Shown piece after piece: positions 13,452 to 27,458 of a stretch of DNA of 64,000 bases (position 1 is the stretch's first letter; every line of letters begins with the position of its first letter). Under the pieces are notes generated by a model. That model saw only the letters and a list, made by a program, of their open reading frames with translations, was not told the origin of the DNA and did no database searches. Source of the DNA: Yuukianura sp. NJ FZ-2021 (Eukaryota). The position numbers and the translations under genes are program-made. Location of the stretch: positions 2,914,001 through 2,978,000 of the forward strand of contig CM102284.1 in assembly GCA_046563655.1 (NCBI GenBank), given 5' to 3'.

Positions 13452-13690
13452 AGGTTAAGCAATAAGTCTTGTTTTCCAAAAATCTCGTTCCAAACTTTTT
13501 TTTCACCCAAGTTTCACCCAAGTTTGTTGATCACTTTTTGGGGGTGAAAGAAATTAAAAGTTAGCATAAAAAAATGAATAAAAAAAAAGTTCGGATAAAA
13601 AATTTCCAAGGCAACGAGAGTCGCCATGATGCCTTTTCATTTTTGAAATTTTGGGTGTAAAAATATAAAAACCGACTTAATGCTTAACCT
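13452..13690. mobile_element. Degenerate MITE-like element
   Basis: aggttaagcaataagtcttgtttt at the left end matches the reverse complement of aaaaccgacttaatgcttaacct at the right end. AT-rich interior with a tttcacccaag direct duplication. No clear TSD. Confidence 0.5.
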
Positions 13691-14226
13691 CTTGTTCACC
13701 CACCTTGAATTTCATGGTTCAAGGAATAGGAGAAAATAAAAATTACAAGTGTGATGTTTCATGTTGACGTGATCCTGGGCAGTACATTTCAAACCTGATG
13801 TGTGTATGAGGGTACTCAATCCACTCCAGTATACAAATAAGTTATACCTCATAAAAGTGCAAACCATGCACTTAAACTAAAAAAATAGTTGAAAAAAGCA
13901 GTAGTATACGCAAGCAGTATGTAAGGTAATCTTCAATATTTATTTGCGAGTTGGAACTTGAACTTGTTAGCATGCGGCAGTCAAAAAATGAACTTACGTA
14001 CCACTAAACGATATGATTCCAATCTAACAAAGTTGAAAAGTCTAACAGAAACTGTGTAAACCTTAAACAAGTTAAATATTCTATACAACGGTGGCTATAT
14101 GTTGATTTGAAAACGAAAGCTAGCTGAAAGAATACGAAATATATATAAAATCCACCTCAGTAAGCCAATAAATACTAAAACGTTTGTAACCATCTCCAAA
14201 AAAAGGAAGGACGTTCCACTCGTATT

Positions 14227-16411
<2,185 letters not shown>

Positions 16412-17455
16412 TTTTAAGCTGTTACCGTTGCTAAAACTGGATATTAATAGATTTCACGTGGTTTCAATCCAACTCGATGCTAACGTTGACAAGGTCTGAC
16501 TGTTTTGACCAATTATTAGTTAGATAACCTGCTGATTTGAGAAAATTTCATGAAGTAGACAAGTGGAGGGAGATGTTTTGTGTACTACCCATGTGAAATA
16601 AGAATGAACTGCAACAGTTGTAACCAAAGATTACCGCCGCATCTGCTCCGCTGGCATGCGATTAGAATCAAGTTTTAGCAACAAAATTACAAACATAGCG
16701 AACTAATTATTGTAACCCACAGCCCGTTTGAGTTTACTTTTAGTTGCTACAGTGCAGTGCAGGGTTTGGTTAGAGTATGTACATTGTTGACTGTAGGTGG
16801 AATTCACGCGTACTCTAACCTGTAATAGAATAGAGGAGGCTGAGCGTTACGACTAAAACTCTGATAGGTCTGACTCAAGCGCAACCAGAGCAGCCGACTG
16901 TAAGAATTGTATACTTTTTCAATACGGCGGGTAATCCACGGTCTACGTTCAGTGATATGTCTCCATTTTCATTAAAAATCGTAATTCGATATAATCAGAC
17001 GATGTAGCCATTGTAGTTTTTATAATTTTACTCTATGGTCGATATGGTCATTGCCGTCCTCTATTTTCTTTTCATGCGAATTCAATTTGGTTCAAATTAA
17101 TTAAAAAAAAACGGTTAGGTAACAGCAGCCACCTTTCATTTCTTACAGTCACAGTGCAGTGGTTACGTTATGGACTGTAAGCTTCGCATTCCGAGGATTA
17201 GCCATACCAACGATGCGAGACAGCAAGGAGTTATCAGCGTATTAGTCATCCTCCAGTTCACGTCAACACGCGGACAAGACAGACTCGTTCATAAATAATT
17301 TTGTTAAAACAACGGTGTAGTAGTCTTCGTTCGTATATCGTTCACTGATCGTTTGCTTTTTTGTTGGGATTTTGTTTTCAATTTTATCTGAAGGTATATC
17401 ACCAACCGTACAATTGAAGGGAAAGGGTACAAATCCAGGAACTAAATATTCCAGT
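16412..17455. promoter_or_regulatory. Divergent (head-to-head) promoter region of Tip60 and WDR12
   Basis: The start codons face away from each other about 1.04 kb apart. Inferred from gene geometry only; no specific elements mapped. Confidence 0.55.
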
Positions 17456-19565
17456 ATGGAGGTCGACGGAGACGGAGGCAAAACCTCATTGAACTTACAA
17501 GTTAGATTCACCACTAAACAAGCGGAGTAAGTTTCTTTAGTGATCCAAATCCTGGGTTTGAGTTTAGAGGTTTAATTTTGTATAGTTTGTTAATCTTTTA
17601 TGTATTTCAAATTTAGATATGCCATTCCAGACTACCCGTTCGCTGTGGAAGCGCATTTGGGTGCTGAAGAACTGAACGCTCTTGTAAATCGCATCCTGGC
17701 GGGTAAAAACAAGCGTTTTCATTGGCTTGACTTTATACTGCTAGAGCTAGCGGAAGTGGAGACGCTCAACCTTGGCTAGATTGATTTTACTCTGACATCC
17801 TATCCAGTTCCAAAGATTCGTCTTTTGCTTCTTCGATGAACAAAATTGACCTTATGAAATAGGAGAACAAAAATCAAAAATATGATTTCTCAGAAGCGAA
17901 AATGGCTTTTAATAGGTCGACACTGTCGACTCGACTGTCTCACTCCACTGCTAACGCTTTCCGTCTAGCTATTTAAAATATAACTGCAATTTGACAGAAA
18001 AAAAAACGAAATGTATGAGTATTCTAGCATGTCGCTGAATCCGAGTATTTTTATTTATAATGAAAACCTTATGTACATTAATTTTAGATGATGCTGTTTT
18101 GAAGAAGCCGAAGCGTTTCGATTTCCTAATCGGTGGTGAATTCCTACTCGGGTCGCTTGGAGAGTTGGTTCTTAGACATGAAGCATTAAAAGTGACTCAA
18201 GCTGGAGAACACAAGGAGACCAAGGTGGGACTCGAAGAAATTGTGGAAGTTGAGTATGTTTCAAGCTGTCCCCCGCCCGCTCCGAAGGACTGCCTCATGC
18301 ATGACGACTGGGTATCCTCAGTGGATGCTGCAGGGAAATGGTACGGCCACGACGGAATTGATTTTAAACCAGTTACCGCTTTAAAATTCGATGTTTTCCA
18401 GGATTCTCACAGGAAGCTATGACAATTCCTTACACTTATGGAGCAGCAAGGGAGTACACAAAGAGGCATTTGTGGGTCACACGGGACCTGTGAAAGGGGT
18501 TTGCTGGGTATCGTTGAATCCAGACTCTGCGGTTTTTGCTAGGTATGTGTTTTCTGTAATGGATTTGTTTTGTCCAACATGGTACAACACATTTTTTGAA
18601 TAACAACATTTCTTGTTATTTCCCGAGAATAGTGGTTCTCAAGACCAGACTTTGATGATTTGGGAGTGGAATTTTTCTACGAACGATATCACATGCAAGT
18701 GGGTATGTAAAGGACACGAACGCAGCGTTGAAGCCATAAAGGGGGATCCTGGTGCCTCAATGTTGGCCTCCGGATCTTGGGATGGAATGTTGAAGATCTG
18801 GTCTGCAAGCCCTAGCATCGAGAAAACTGATGTTAAAGTTCAGGAAGCTCAAACCGCAATGGAAAACGAAGTTCATCACAAAAAAGTCAAGACTCGGGTA
18901 AATCGAAACTAGCCATGTTGAGAATTTCAGATGTTCCTGAATCGCTTCTGTTTTGATTTACCAGACTCCAATTCTCAGCATCAGCGGACATCGTGAGTGT
19001 GTCTCTGCAATTGAATGGACCGATTCATCTGAAATCATTACTTCATCCTGGGATCATACAATCAAAACGTGGGATGTGGAACTTGGCGCTATCAAATCGG
19101 AAGTCGCGGGGCAAAAGGCATTTTTCGCAATGTCCTACTCTCATCTCAACCACCTTCTTATCACTGGTTCTGCCGATAGACATATCCGACTTTACGACTC
19201 GAGATCCAATGGTAACTGTTTCTGTGTTACAAGGTTCATTTTTAGTGGTTGAATATTTACCAAGATGAATTTATTTTTTAGAGGGTTCTATCGTAAAGGC
19301 AACATACACTTCGCACACGGGCTGGGTATCATTTGTGGAATGGTCCAAGACAAATGAAAACCTATGGATTTCAGGCTCTCATGATAAGACAATGAAGTTG
19401 TGGGACCGCCGTAGCCCGCGAGCGCCGCTGTACAACATGACAGGTCATTCTGAGAAGATACTATGTGGGTCATGGGCCATTCCAAAGTACATGATGAGTG
19501 GAGGAGCTGACAACAGTCTTCGACTATACCATTTCAAAAATTCAGAGCAAAATTCCACGCCTTAA
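17456..19565 (+). CDS. WDR12: Ribosome biogenesis protein WDR12 (Ytm1); exons 17456-17526, 17617-17702, 18088-18340, 18402-18542, 18633-18897, 18965-19211, 19282-19565
   Basis: NLE/ubiquitin-like N-domain (LQVRFTTKQAEYAIPDYPF...FDFLIGGEFL...EEIVEVEY) followed by WD40 repeats (HDDWVSSV, ILTGSYDN, GHERSVE, SSWDHTIKTWD, TGSADRHIRLYD, MSGGADN). Confidence 0.96.
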
Positions 19566-20465
19566 TTAAAGTTATCCCAATAAAAATAACTACAAGACAG
19601 GAAAATAGAAGGGTATACTTTTCTATTATTGTTAATGCTATTCGAATACCCATCAATATGTCGATAATAATTGAGTAAATGAGGATACTTCTGAAATGTT
19701 CATGTGCTTTTGTGTCTTATGTGCTGAACAGATTCTTAGCTATTCTTTTAGTTATCTTACGAAAGTCCAACCCTTTTTACAAACATTCCTGGAGAAAAAT
19801 GCTGCCCGCCCAGTTGCCTTGTTCCCTCAGACGAGGTCAATTGCCGTCTGATGCGTGTTACCGACGCTTTCGCACAAGAGTGTTCGGAGGAATACGAATA
19901 GTCAGAGGATTAGGGTAGTCTATCTTTCCGGTTCGCATGAACTGGATTGTGGGTTGACGTTAGCGTTGTGGTACTAATTGTACCCCATTCACCCTTTGTA
20001 TTACTAACCTATTTTTAGAGTGGTATTAACCCCGCCAAAGAGAGCCAAATTCCGATTCCGAAGTTTCATTGTGCCCCAGATTAGGTTTGGCAATAAATAC
20101 CACATGATTGTTTTTCGGGGCATGGTAGCAGTGTTGCTCGCTGCATACCCACCTTCTGGTTTATACAAAAATGGCTGCATAAAATGGATAGATATGAATA
20201 CCACCACCTAATTTGAGATGGAAGAAGTATTTTATCAATCCGATAACACTGAAGGCAATGAAATTCTAGCCTCTCGAGTCGAGTCTCGACCTTCACGTTC
20301 ACGTTAGCCGACGTTAACTGAGAATGGTACAATCAATCACCGCAGAGTTTACTTCTACCCCATTGTGTTTTACACGTGTTGCGTGGTGTGTCGTGTGTAA
20401 TCTCTAATTGCTAAATTGGTTTTGTTTTTCGTACACCGCTAAAATCACTAATAAACCGCTTGAGG

Positions 20466-21368
20466 ATGCGTCCACTTACCGAAGAAGAAACTAGGATATT
20501 CTTTGAGAAGTTGGCTAAATTGTAAGTCTTATTCGTACTAGTCAAGTAAAGGAAATACTCAATCAGTTGAATGGTTAGATTTTGGATTATTATTACCCGA
20601 ATGAATTGGATCAGTATAAGTTAGTGGATAAGAACTCTAACGCACATGAACTTTAATTTTTATGTTCGATTTGCAGTATTGGTGATAATATCAAAGTGCT
20701 GATTGATCGCCCAAACGATCCTCATTGTTTTCGCCTTCATCGCGAACGGGTGTACTATGTATCTGAAGAAATTATGAAGAAAGCTGGAAGTATTTCAAGA
20801 GACAATCTAGTTTTACTTGGGACTTGTTTCGGCAAGTTTACAAAATCTAAAAAATTCCACCTGCATATAACCGCATTGGACTATCTTGCTCCATACGCTA
20901 AGGTTCAGAACATTGTTTAATTTGTCTTTTACATTCAAGAATGGTAGCGCTTTGAAAGCTTGAACAGTTGAAATATTTATGCAATTATGTAACAGGCAAA
21001 AATGTGGTTGAAACCTTCTGCAGAACAACAATTCCTCTATGGTCACAACGTTACCAAGGCTGGACTTGGACGGATCTCAGAAAATGTAGAAAAGTACTCC
21101 GGAGTAGTCATATACTCTATGAATGACTTACCACTTGTAAGTTAACTGTCACTGTCACACTTCCGTTCAGCTCTGGAAAATATCACCTGAAATGTATTAT
21201 AATTTTCGCGACGTCAAAATCAACTACTACGTTCTTTTTGTTTTTTAGGGATTTGGAGCTGCTGCAAAATCGACCGCAGACTGTACCCATATCGATCCTG
21301 CCACTCTTGTTTGCTTTCACCAGGCCGACATCGGTGAATACCTCAGAAGTGAAAATACGCTTACGTGA
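20466..21368 (+). CDS. NIP7: 60S ribosome subunit biogenesis protein NIP7; exons 20466-20521, 20677-20902, 20996-21136, 21249-21368
   Basis: [23 protein letters not shown]...[13 protein letters not shown]...[28 protein letters not shown]...[13 protein letters not shown]...[13 protein letters not shown]. Confidence 0.97.
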
Positions 21369-22195
21369 TCCTGATCGCTGTGGGCGAATAGCGAATTATT
21401 AATTAAGTATGTTAATTCGAAATTCCTCTGCGTTGAATTTAATAGAGAGATAATCGAAAGTGGCATATTTCCATAACCCATGCACCATGATCATATTTTG
21501 ACACCACTGTTGTGGCCAAGGAGTTTAATAAAAAAAACTATGGGAGAGCCTTTTTTTCTATGAGAAGAAACTATCAACACCACGGACTGACAGATTAGTT
21601 AGTTTGTATTTCCTTGCCTATAATTCGCATATTATTTGTCTCCAAAAATATTCGGAACGAAAAAGACATTTGTTTTGAAAACTAACGATTTTTTAAAATT
21701 CTGTGTAGGAATTGTATGGAAACGTCCTTAACGTTACTAAAATTTAGTAACAAATTTTTTAGTACGCTTGTTGTTAGCTTGGCGGTACTCTAACTCAAAA
21801 CGATGGATTAATTTTTTTTAGTATGGATTAGTATTTGTTTTGAAAATAACAATAGAAATGAAGTTCTGAGATCGATTTAGTTCAACTTTGACGTTCGTTG
21901 TCAAAACCTTTGAACTTAAATGTGGAAAATCAACTTTCAAAACTTAGTTGAAATCCGAAAAAGAATGTAAAATCGTAAGTCAAAGAAATGAGCGTGACAT
22001 ACATGTCTTGTCTGTCTGTCTGCGACAATTTTAGGTGCGAAGCGAAGCTGGGACAAAAATAAATAAAATATAGCATTAAAAAAAATTTTTTTCAGGAAAA
22101 CAGTGTATTCTCATAAACAAGTCTAGTAAACATAATTTAAGGTTTTGCGAATTTGAAATAATTTCTATTCATTGTTATGCCAAGGCGTAAGAGTG

Positions 22196-23278
22196 TTACA
22201 AATCCTCCGGGTCAACGGAAGCATCCTCTTCCTGGTACGCCGCTCCACTATTAGAAATTTTGTATTGTGTTTTCATTATTCCTTGGACAGCAAATTCTTT
22301 CATAGCCGTTTCAACCGTATCGTAAACGCCAACAACAGAGGTTGAACTCCCGGTAGACCGAGAAATAGCCAAAGATGATCCGATAAATCTGGCCAACTTA
22401 GGATGCTTTTGCAATATCTCGTCAGCCGTTGTAACAATTGTGCTAAAAACGAGTTTTAAAAAGAAAATGAAAATGAAATTTAGGTAAGGTTAACCTATAT
22501 TTTGTTAGTATGTAATTATATTAACTTAGGAATTTTTTAAAATGTACCTTGTTGTGAGCCATTCCTTCAGCCTAGCATGTTCCCCCTCAAAAGGCACTTC
22601 AAGAAACTGGCAAACTGCTTCAGCAAAACACAGGCAATTGTTCGTCTGCACGTCGTATGAGTTATTTGGCCTAAATTTTACGATATGTTGTCGATAAATG
22701 AAGTTTGAGTCGTTAAGTTAAGTTTGCCGGTGGGTTGCATTCATGTTGAGCAACATAAATATAAATTGTTGGTGGCACTTTCACATTGAAAACGTAAGGT
22801 CCTTACCCAAATCTTGTTCGTTGACTTTTTTCCATCAACCAATCGTCCAATTCTTTCTGCTTCTTCGAAGTCAGAAAGTACTTATTGTCATTCTGTTTTG
22901 AAAGAATTTCGAATCCTTCTGGCTAAAAATAAGTTAATTAAATAAGTTAAATATATTTGCATTATTATGTAATTCATTTGAATTAAACTACCATGCTGTG
23001 GTTGCAGTGAACTCCGTGCTGATTAAAGTCATAGAGTTTGTTGTAAACACCAACACCAATGTGTATAAATTTTCTTGGAACACTTTCTGGGACAAGAGAT
23101 GTCGACAACTCTAAAATTCAATTTGGTGTTAATTATGTTATTATAATTAAACTGTAGTCAAGTAGCAAAAAAAATATTACTTTTTTTTGTAAAATACGAC
23201 AGAATTACCTTGTAGAGGGAACAGTTCCCAACCAAAAAGAAATACTACATACGATCTTACGTTTTCTTGTTCGGTCAT
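22196..23278 (-). CDS. Divergent PPPDE/DeSI-like (peptidase C97) cysteine protease, 224 aa; exons 23278-23209, 23110-22992, 22922-22807, 22670-22548, 22442-22196
   Basis: Five GT-AG exons splice into one open 675-nt frame. FIHIGVGVYNKLYDF (His40) and YDVQTNNCLCFAEAVCQFL (Cys114) resemble the PPPDE H..V...E-Y-F and Y.L...NCN.F...L..FL motifs. Confidence 0.75.
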
Positions 23279-24920
23279 TTTAGTCCAAATTAGTGTGGAA
23301 ATGTACAGTAGTTAAAAGTAGAATTGGCCAACAAATTATAGCTGCTCGTTCTGGAAGCGTCGTGGAAAATGAAAAGGCAAGACGAAGTTGAAAGTTTCAA
23401 CTTGAAACTTGTGTGTCTAGACGCTCATGTTATTTCGTTCCCAATATCAAGCAAAACTCAACCTGAAACCGCAAATTTTGCACAAAATGATACGTTTTCC
23501 TTTCCATTACTCGCTGACGATATGTCACAAGACTTTTGCTATAGTACTGGATTATAATTTGTAGCACCTTGTATTTAATATTAGCACTCATGATCTTGAA
23601 ACCATAATCTTCTTTTGTAAACTATTGAGAAAGTGACCCCACTCAGACTCTAACATAAATTCACCTTGAACTTGCATAGTGCTTGTAATCTGTTCATACA
23701 AATTACTAATCCTAGAGCTCCTAAGTGTCTTACTCCATCCCAATCATTTTGAAAAATCAAGCTAAAAATGGTACCCAAAAAGAAAATCACATTTGTCTCC
23801 TAAATTCTGAATGCTTTTACCGCAGAATGTTTGAGGTCTATCAACAAGAAGTTTGCAAAAACTGGATGAATGGAAGGGTGCTTTTAGATTAAAATTTTTT
23901 CGAACGGAAGTTTGGATTTTCATAATGTTTGGATTTAGTAAAAACTTGACAATGACCGATTCAATTTCCAATTTCTTGTCATAAGATAAGCTACACATGA
24001 AATTTTTTGACGTTTTAACAAAGCGTGTCATGTGGCAACAAACATATGAACGTAAAAACTTTTCGTTCCTAAACTGGATCAAATATGACTAAAAGCGGCT
24101 AAAATTTATGACCGTAAGAATTTCCGTCACAAAAGGCAGGAAAGGAATAAAGCAGCATGCTCGTAAATTTTCTTCAGGAAATTTTTTTATTCAGTTTAGT
24201 TGAACGTTCTCGAAATTTCGAACACTTTTTATATTTAATTTTGAAAATCCTCGGAATTTACGGAGACGCGGAACTATCTATTTACGCTATTCCGCTGTTA
24301 GAAATTTTATTTGCGTCTTCATAATATCCTGGTCTAATAAATGTGTTAAGAAAGTTATAACTTAACCTTGAATGTCAATGTCCAAGTCAATGTTGACAAA
24401 ATTGTGTTAAATGGTACTAGCATCCGTTGTACATGGTTTACTGAATTAGTTCAGTAATTAATTAATTTGAATCAGTAATTGAATTATTTTAGTCATATTT
24501 AACTTTGTTTAACGTTATATTTAACTGTTACTGTTCTAACACTAAAGTAAAATGTCAACAGTAATCTTATTTTGCCAAGTGTTGAAAAGCGTGACAGTCA
24601 GACACTCAAAAATATCATTGCACTATGAACTGTTTATTTCTGCACGTCAGATTAACAATTCTTAGTATTCAGAGTGGATTTAGATTAAATTGCAACTCTT
24701 TCTAAAGTTTGTTAGACATAAGAGACGCTTGCCAACAGTGGTTTACTCTTTGTTCTAAGAAATTGAAGCTACACATACGGCGTATAAATTCATAGTCCAG
24801 TTTCGAGACGATTACTGAATTTTCTTTATTACTCTCTTTTTATTTAAATTTTGGCGAAACCGAACAACTAACTTTCTGTGTTTCTTCTGAAATTTTAGTT
24901 TTTTATACCGAACTCTTAAA

Positions 24921-26713
24921 ATGGCCGACTCACTTACGATTCGCGGGCATACAGTTACTATGACTACTTTTGATTATGGTGGTTTGGCAATGGGTGGTAT
25001 GCCACAACCGCACTTTAGTGTAAAAATTGTTGCACCGGATGGAACACTTCAGAGCTGCCCAATGTTCAAGTTACCAAGGCGCTTAGTATTGCGCGGTAGC
25101 TTGCCAATAGTTCCCTCAGATCGTTTCGTTAAAGAAAACGAAATTGGTGGTGGAAATTTTGGAAAAGTGTACAAGGGTAAGAATTTATTTGAATTTGTTT
25201 ATCAATTTGTGAAAAACTCAAATAAAAACGTAAATTTAGAACATGAATTTCGGTTTTTAGGGAACTCTGAAACTGGCTTACCAGTTGCAATTAAAGTTTC
25301 GAAACTTCGGAAAGGAAAACTCGCTGAAGACATTGCTTCAACCCTAATGGAGGGTGCAATCTTGAGCCTTATTTTTCATCGAAACATTATCCGGATGGTG
25401 TGTGTTGCTTCAAACGAAGCGGGTTTGCCGTGGATTGTTTTCGAATTTGCTGAAAATGGAAGCTTGTATGGTACGCTGGACAAGGTAAACGAATGCGCCA
25501 GAAAGGAGAAACCACTACCTATTTCCTGGGTAACATAAATTATTAATTATTTAGCTAATTACTCGTTGAAACTGTATAGTAATTAGTTTCTTTAATATAA
25601 ATTTGTAGACTGAGGAAGTCAAGTTGCGAATTAGTTATGGCATTATTTCGGGTCTCAATCACCTGCATTGTCATCAGGGTATTCACAGGGATTTGACAGC
25701 AAGAAATGTCCTTCTAATGGAAAACTATGAACCGAAATTATGTGACTTTGGTCTTACGTCTTTCCTTCATGCCGGAGAACAAATTATCGTAACTATACTC
25801 GAATTAAAATTAATTGAATTAAAAGATTTAACCAAAAAAATTATATATAGATCTTTTTAATTTTCAGGATGATAAAAATGATAGTGCTGAAGTACGACGA
25901 ACCGCATACTCACTCCAATACTGCGCTCCAGAAGTGTTCCCACGGTCTACGATAATAAAAATGAAATCTAGTAATTGAGCATAAGTTGTCGGGAGCATCG
26001 CATAGCTACATATTTGAACATGATATTTGTATGCTATATATTGACGCTTTTTATTTTCTAGAGTCCGAAACTTGGCCAGCAATTAATTTTGAGACGCTTG
26101 AATTTGTTGAATCCGGAGACGAGGACGAGAACTCGACGCCTGCCGAAGAAGAGTTGACAGAGCATGTAGAAGATCCCACAGGAAAGTATGGCTACCCATC
26201 AGACATTTGGGCCTACGGCGTCCTTCTGTACCAAATTTGGTCGGACGGTAGCTACATCCCATACTCGGATACAAATGAGCATCCCTCTATAGAAGTAATT
26301 TCATAATAATTGTAATAGTAATACGTACAATAAGTGTCAATTGCCAATGGAAATATTTTAATCCACTAATTTTCAATTATGAAAAGCACTGTGTTCAAAT
26401 TTTTACTGTGTAATTTTTTTGCTTCTGTAAATTCTGAATTTCAGCAAATCAAGAGCATCCTTGTGCATGAGAGGAAATCTCCTTGGGATTTTAGTAAGCA
26501 CATTATTTATCATGTCTAAAGAATAGTATGTGTAATTTAACCATTTTCTTTTCAGAACCACTGGACGAAAAACAGTATCCTACGGTATGCAACATTTTGC
26601 GGCGAGCGTTTAAGCATAATCCGAAAAGTAGAATGGCAGCACCAGTGGTAAAGAAAAAGTTGGAAGACGAGATTCGACGTGTTGCACCGCATATTATGGA
26701 AAAACAAACATAG
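24921..26713 (+). CDS. Divergent soluble protein kinase (TK/TKL-like); exons 24921-25176, 25261-25529, 25609-25788, 25868-25970, 26062-26294, 26445-26493, 26556-26713
   Basis: IGGGNFGKVYKG, VAIK, the helix-C Glu (LMEG), HRDLTARN, CDFG, YCAPE, SDIWAYGVLLYQIW and subdomain XI (NPKSR) occur in order across phase-compatible exons. Confidence 0.85.
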
Positions 26714-26816
26714 AAATGCCAAATCCACTGTAATTTCCACTTACAATTTACACCAAAATACTAAAGGGCTGGCGTAAAGTAGTAATAAATGTAAAATTCA
26801 AACTTAAGTTTGAATT

Positions 26817-26881
26817 AAACAAAGGATACCCGTAATATAACAACACTAGTAATGTTGTTATTTTACGGGTATCTTTTGTTT
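26817..26881. repeat. Near-perfect 29-bp inverted repeat with a 7-nt loop
   Basis: aaacaaaggatacccgtaatataacaaca-ctagtaa-tgttgttattttacgggtatcttttgttt; the arms differ at two positions. Confidence 0.85.
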
Positions 26882-27458
26882 TAAACAAACGTTTTAAACA
26901 TGCTGTTTTGAACGTACTAACCGCTTATATTTTAAATAAAAACATGGAAAATTGGCAAAATTAAAGGGAAGAAGTTTTTCAAAAAAGTTGTCACCGAATA
27001 CATTTTATAAAAGTGGTCAAATGATGGAGCGATCAAAAGGACGATATCAAATTTATGATTCTAATCATTGAACAACGGGAAATCTAAGAGTTTTGGACAG
27101 ACACAGCTTTTTCTCAAATATTCTTTTTAATTAAGTTAAACCAAAATGGGATACGATTAGTATTGAATTTGGCTTAAGATAAAATGAATGCAGTTGATGT
27201 TATCATCTCCTTTCTGGAAATGAACTGATATACAAGATACACAAATGAATTAGTTTACATATCTTGTCGATCAGTTCCTTCTTCGGAATGTAATTAAGGA
27301 CATTTCAAGAGCCTTGATGAAGTGCTAACTGAATAAGTAAAACTTCAAACGTCATTAGGTGCATATAAAAGTCGCAAAATTCCAGCTCAACTTTTGTGTG
27401 TACCCAGAGAGCAAAATTTGGTTAAACCAATCTGCCTGGTTGTTCTTTTCTTTTCGCA

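Noticed and set aside
20004..20087. CTAACCTA (+) and AACCTAA (-) as a telomerase RNA template
   Set aside because: 7-8 nt matches are expected by chance in 64 kb, and the first is equally explained as a splice signal. No other telomerase RNA feature could be supported.
25177..25260. 28-aa insertion after the kinase Gly-rich loop in the ORF track
   Set aside because: It is an 84-nt stop-free GT-AG intron with AT-rich composition.
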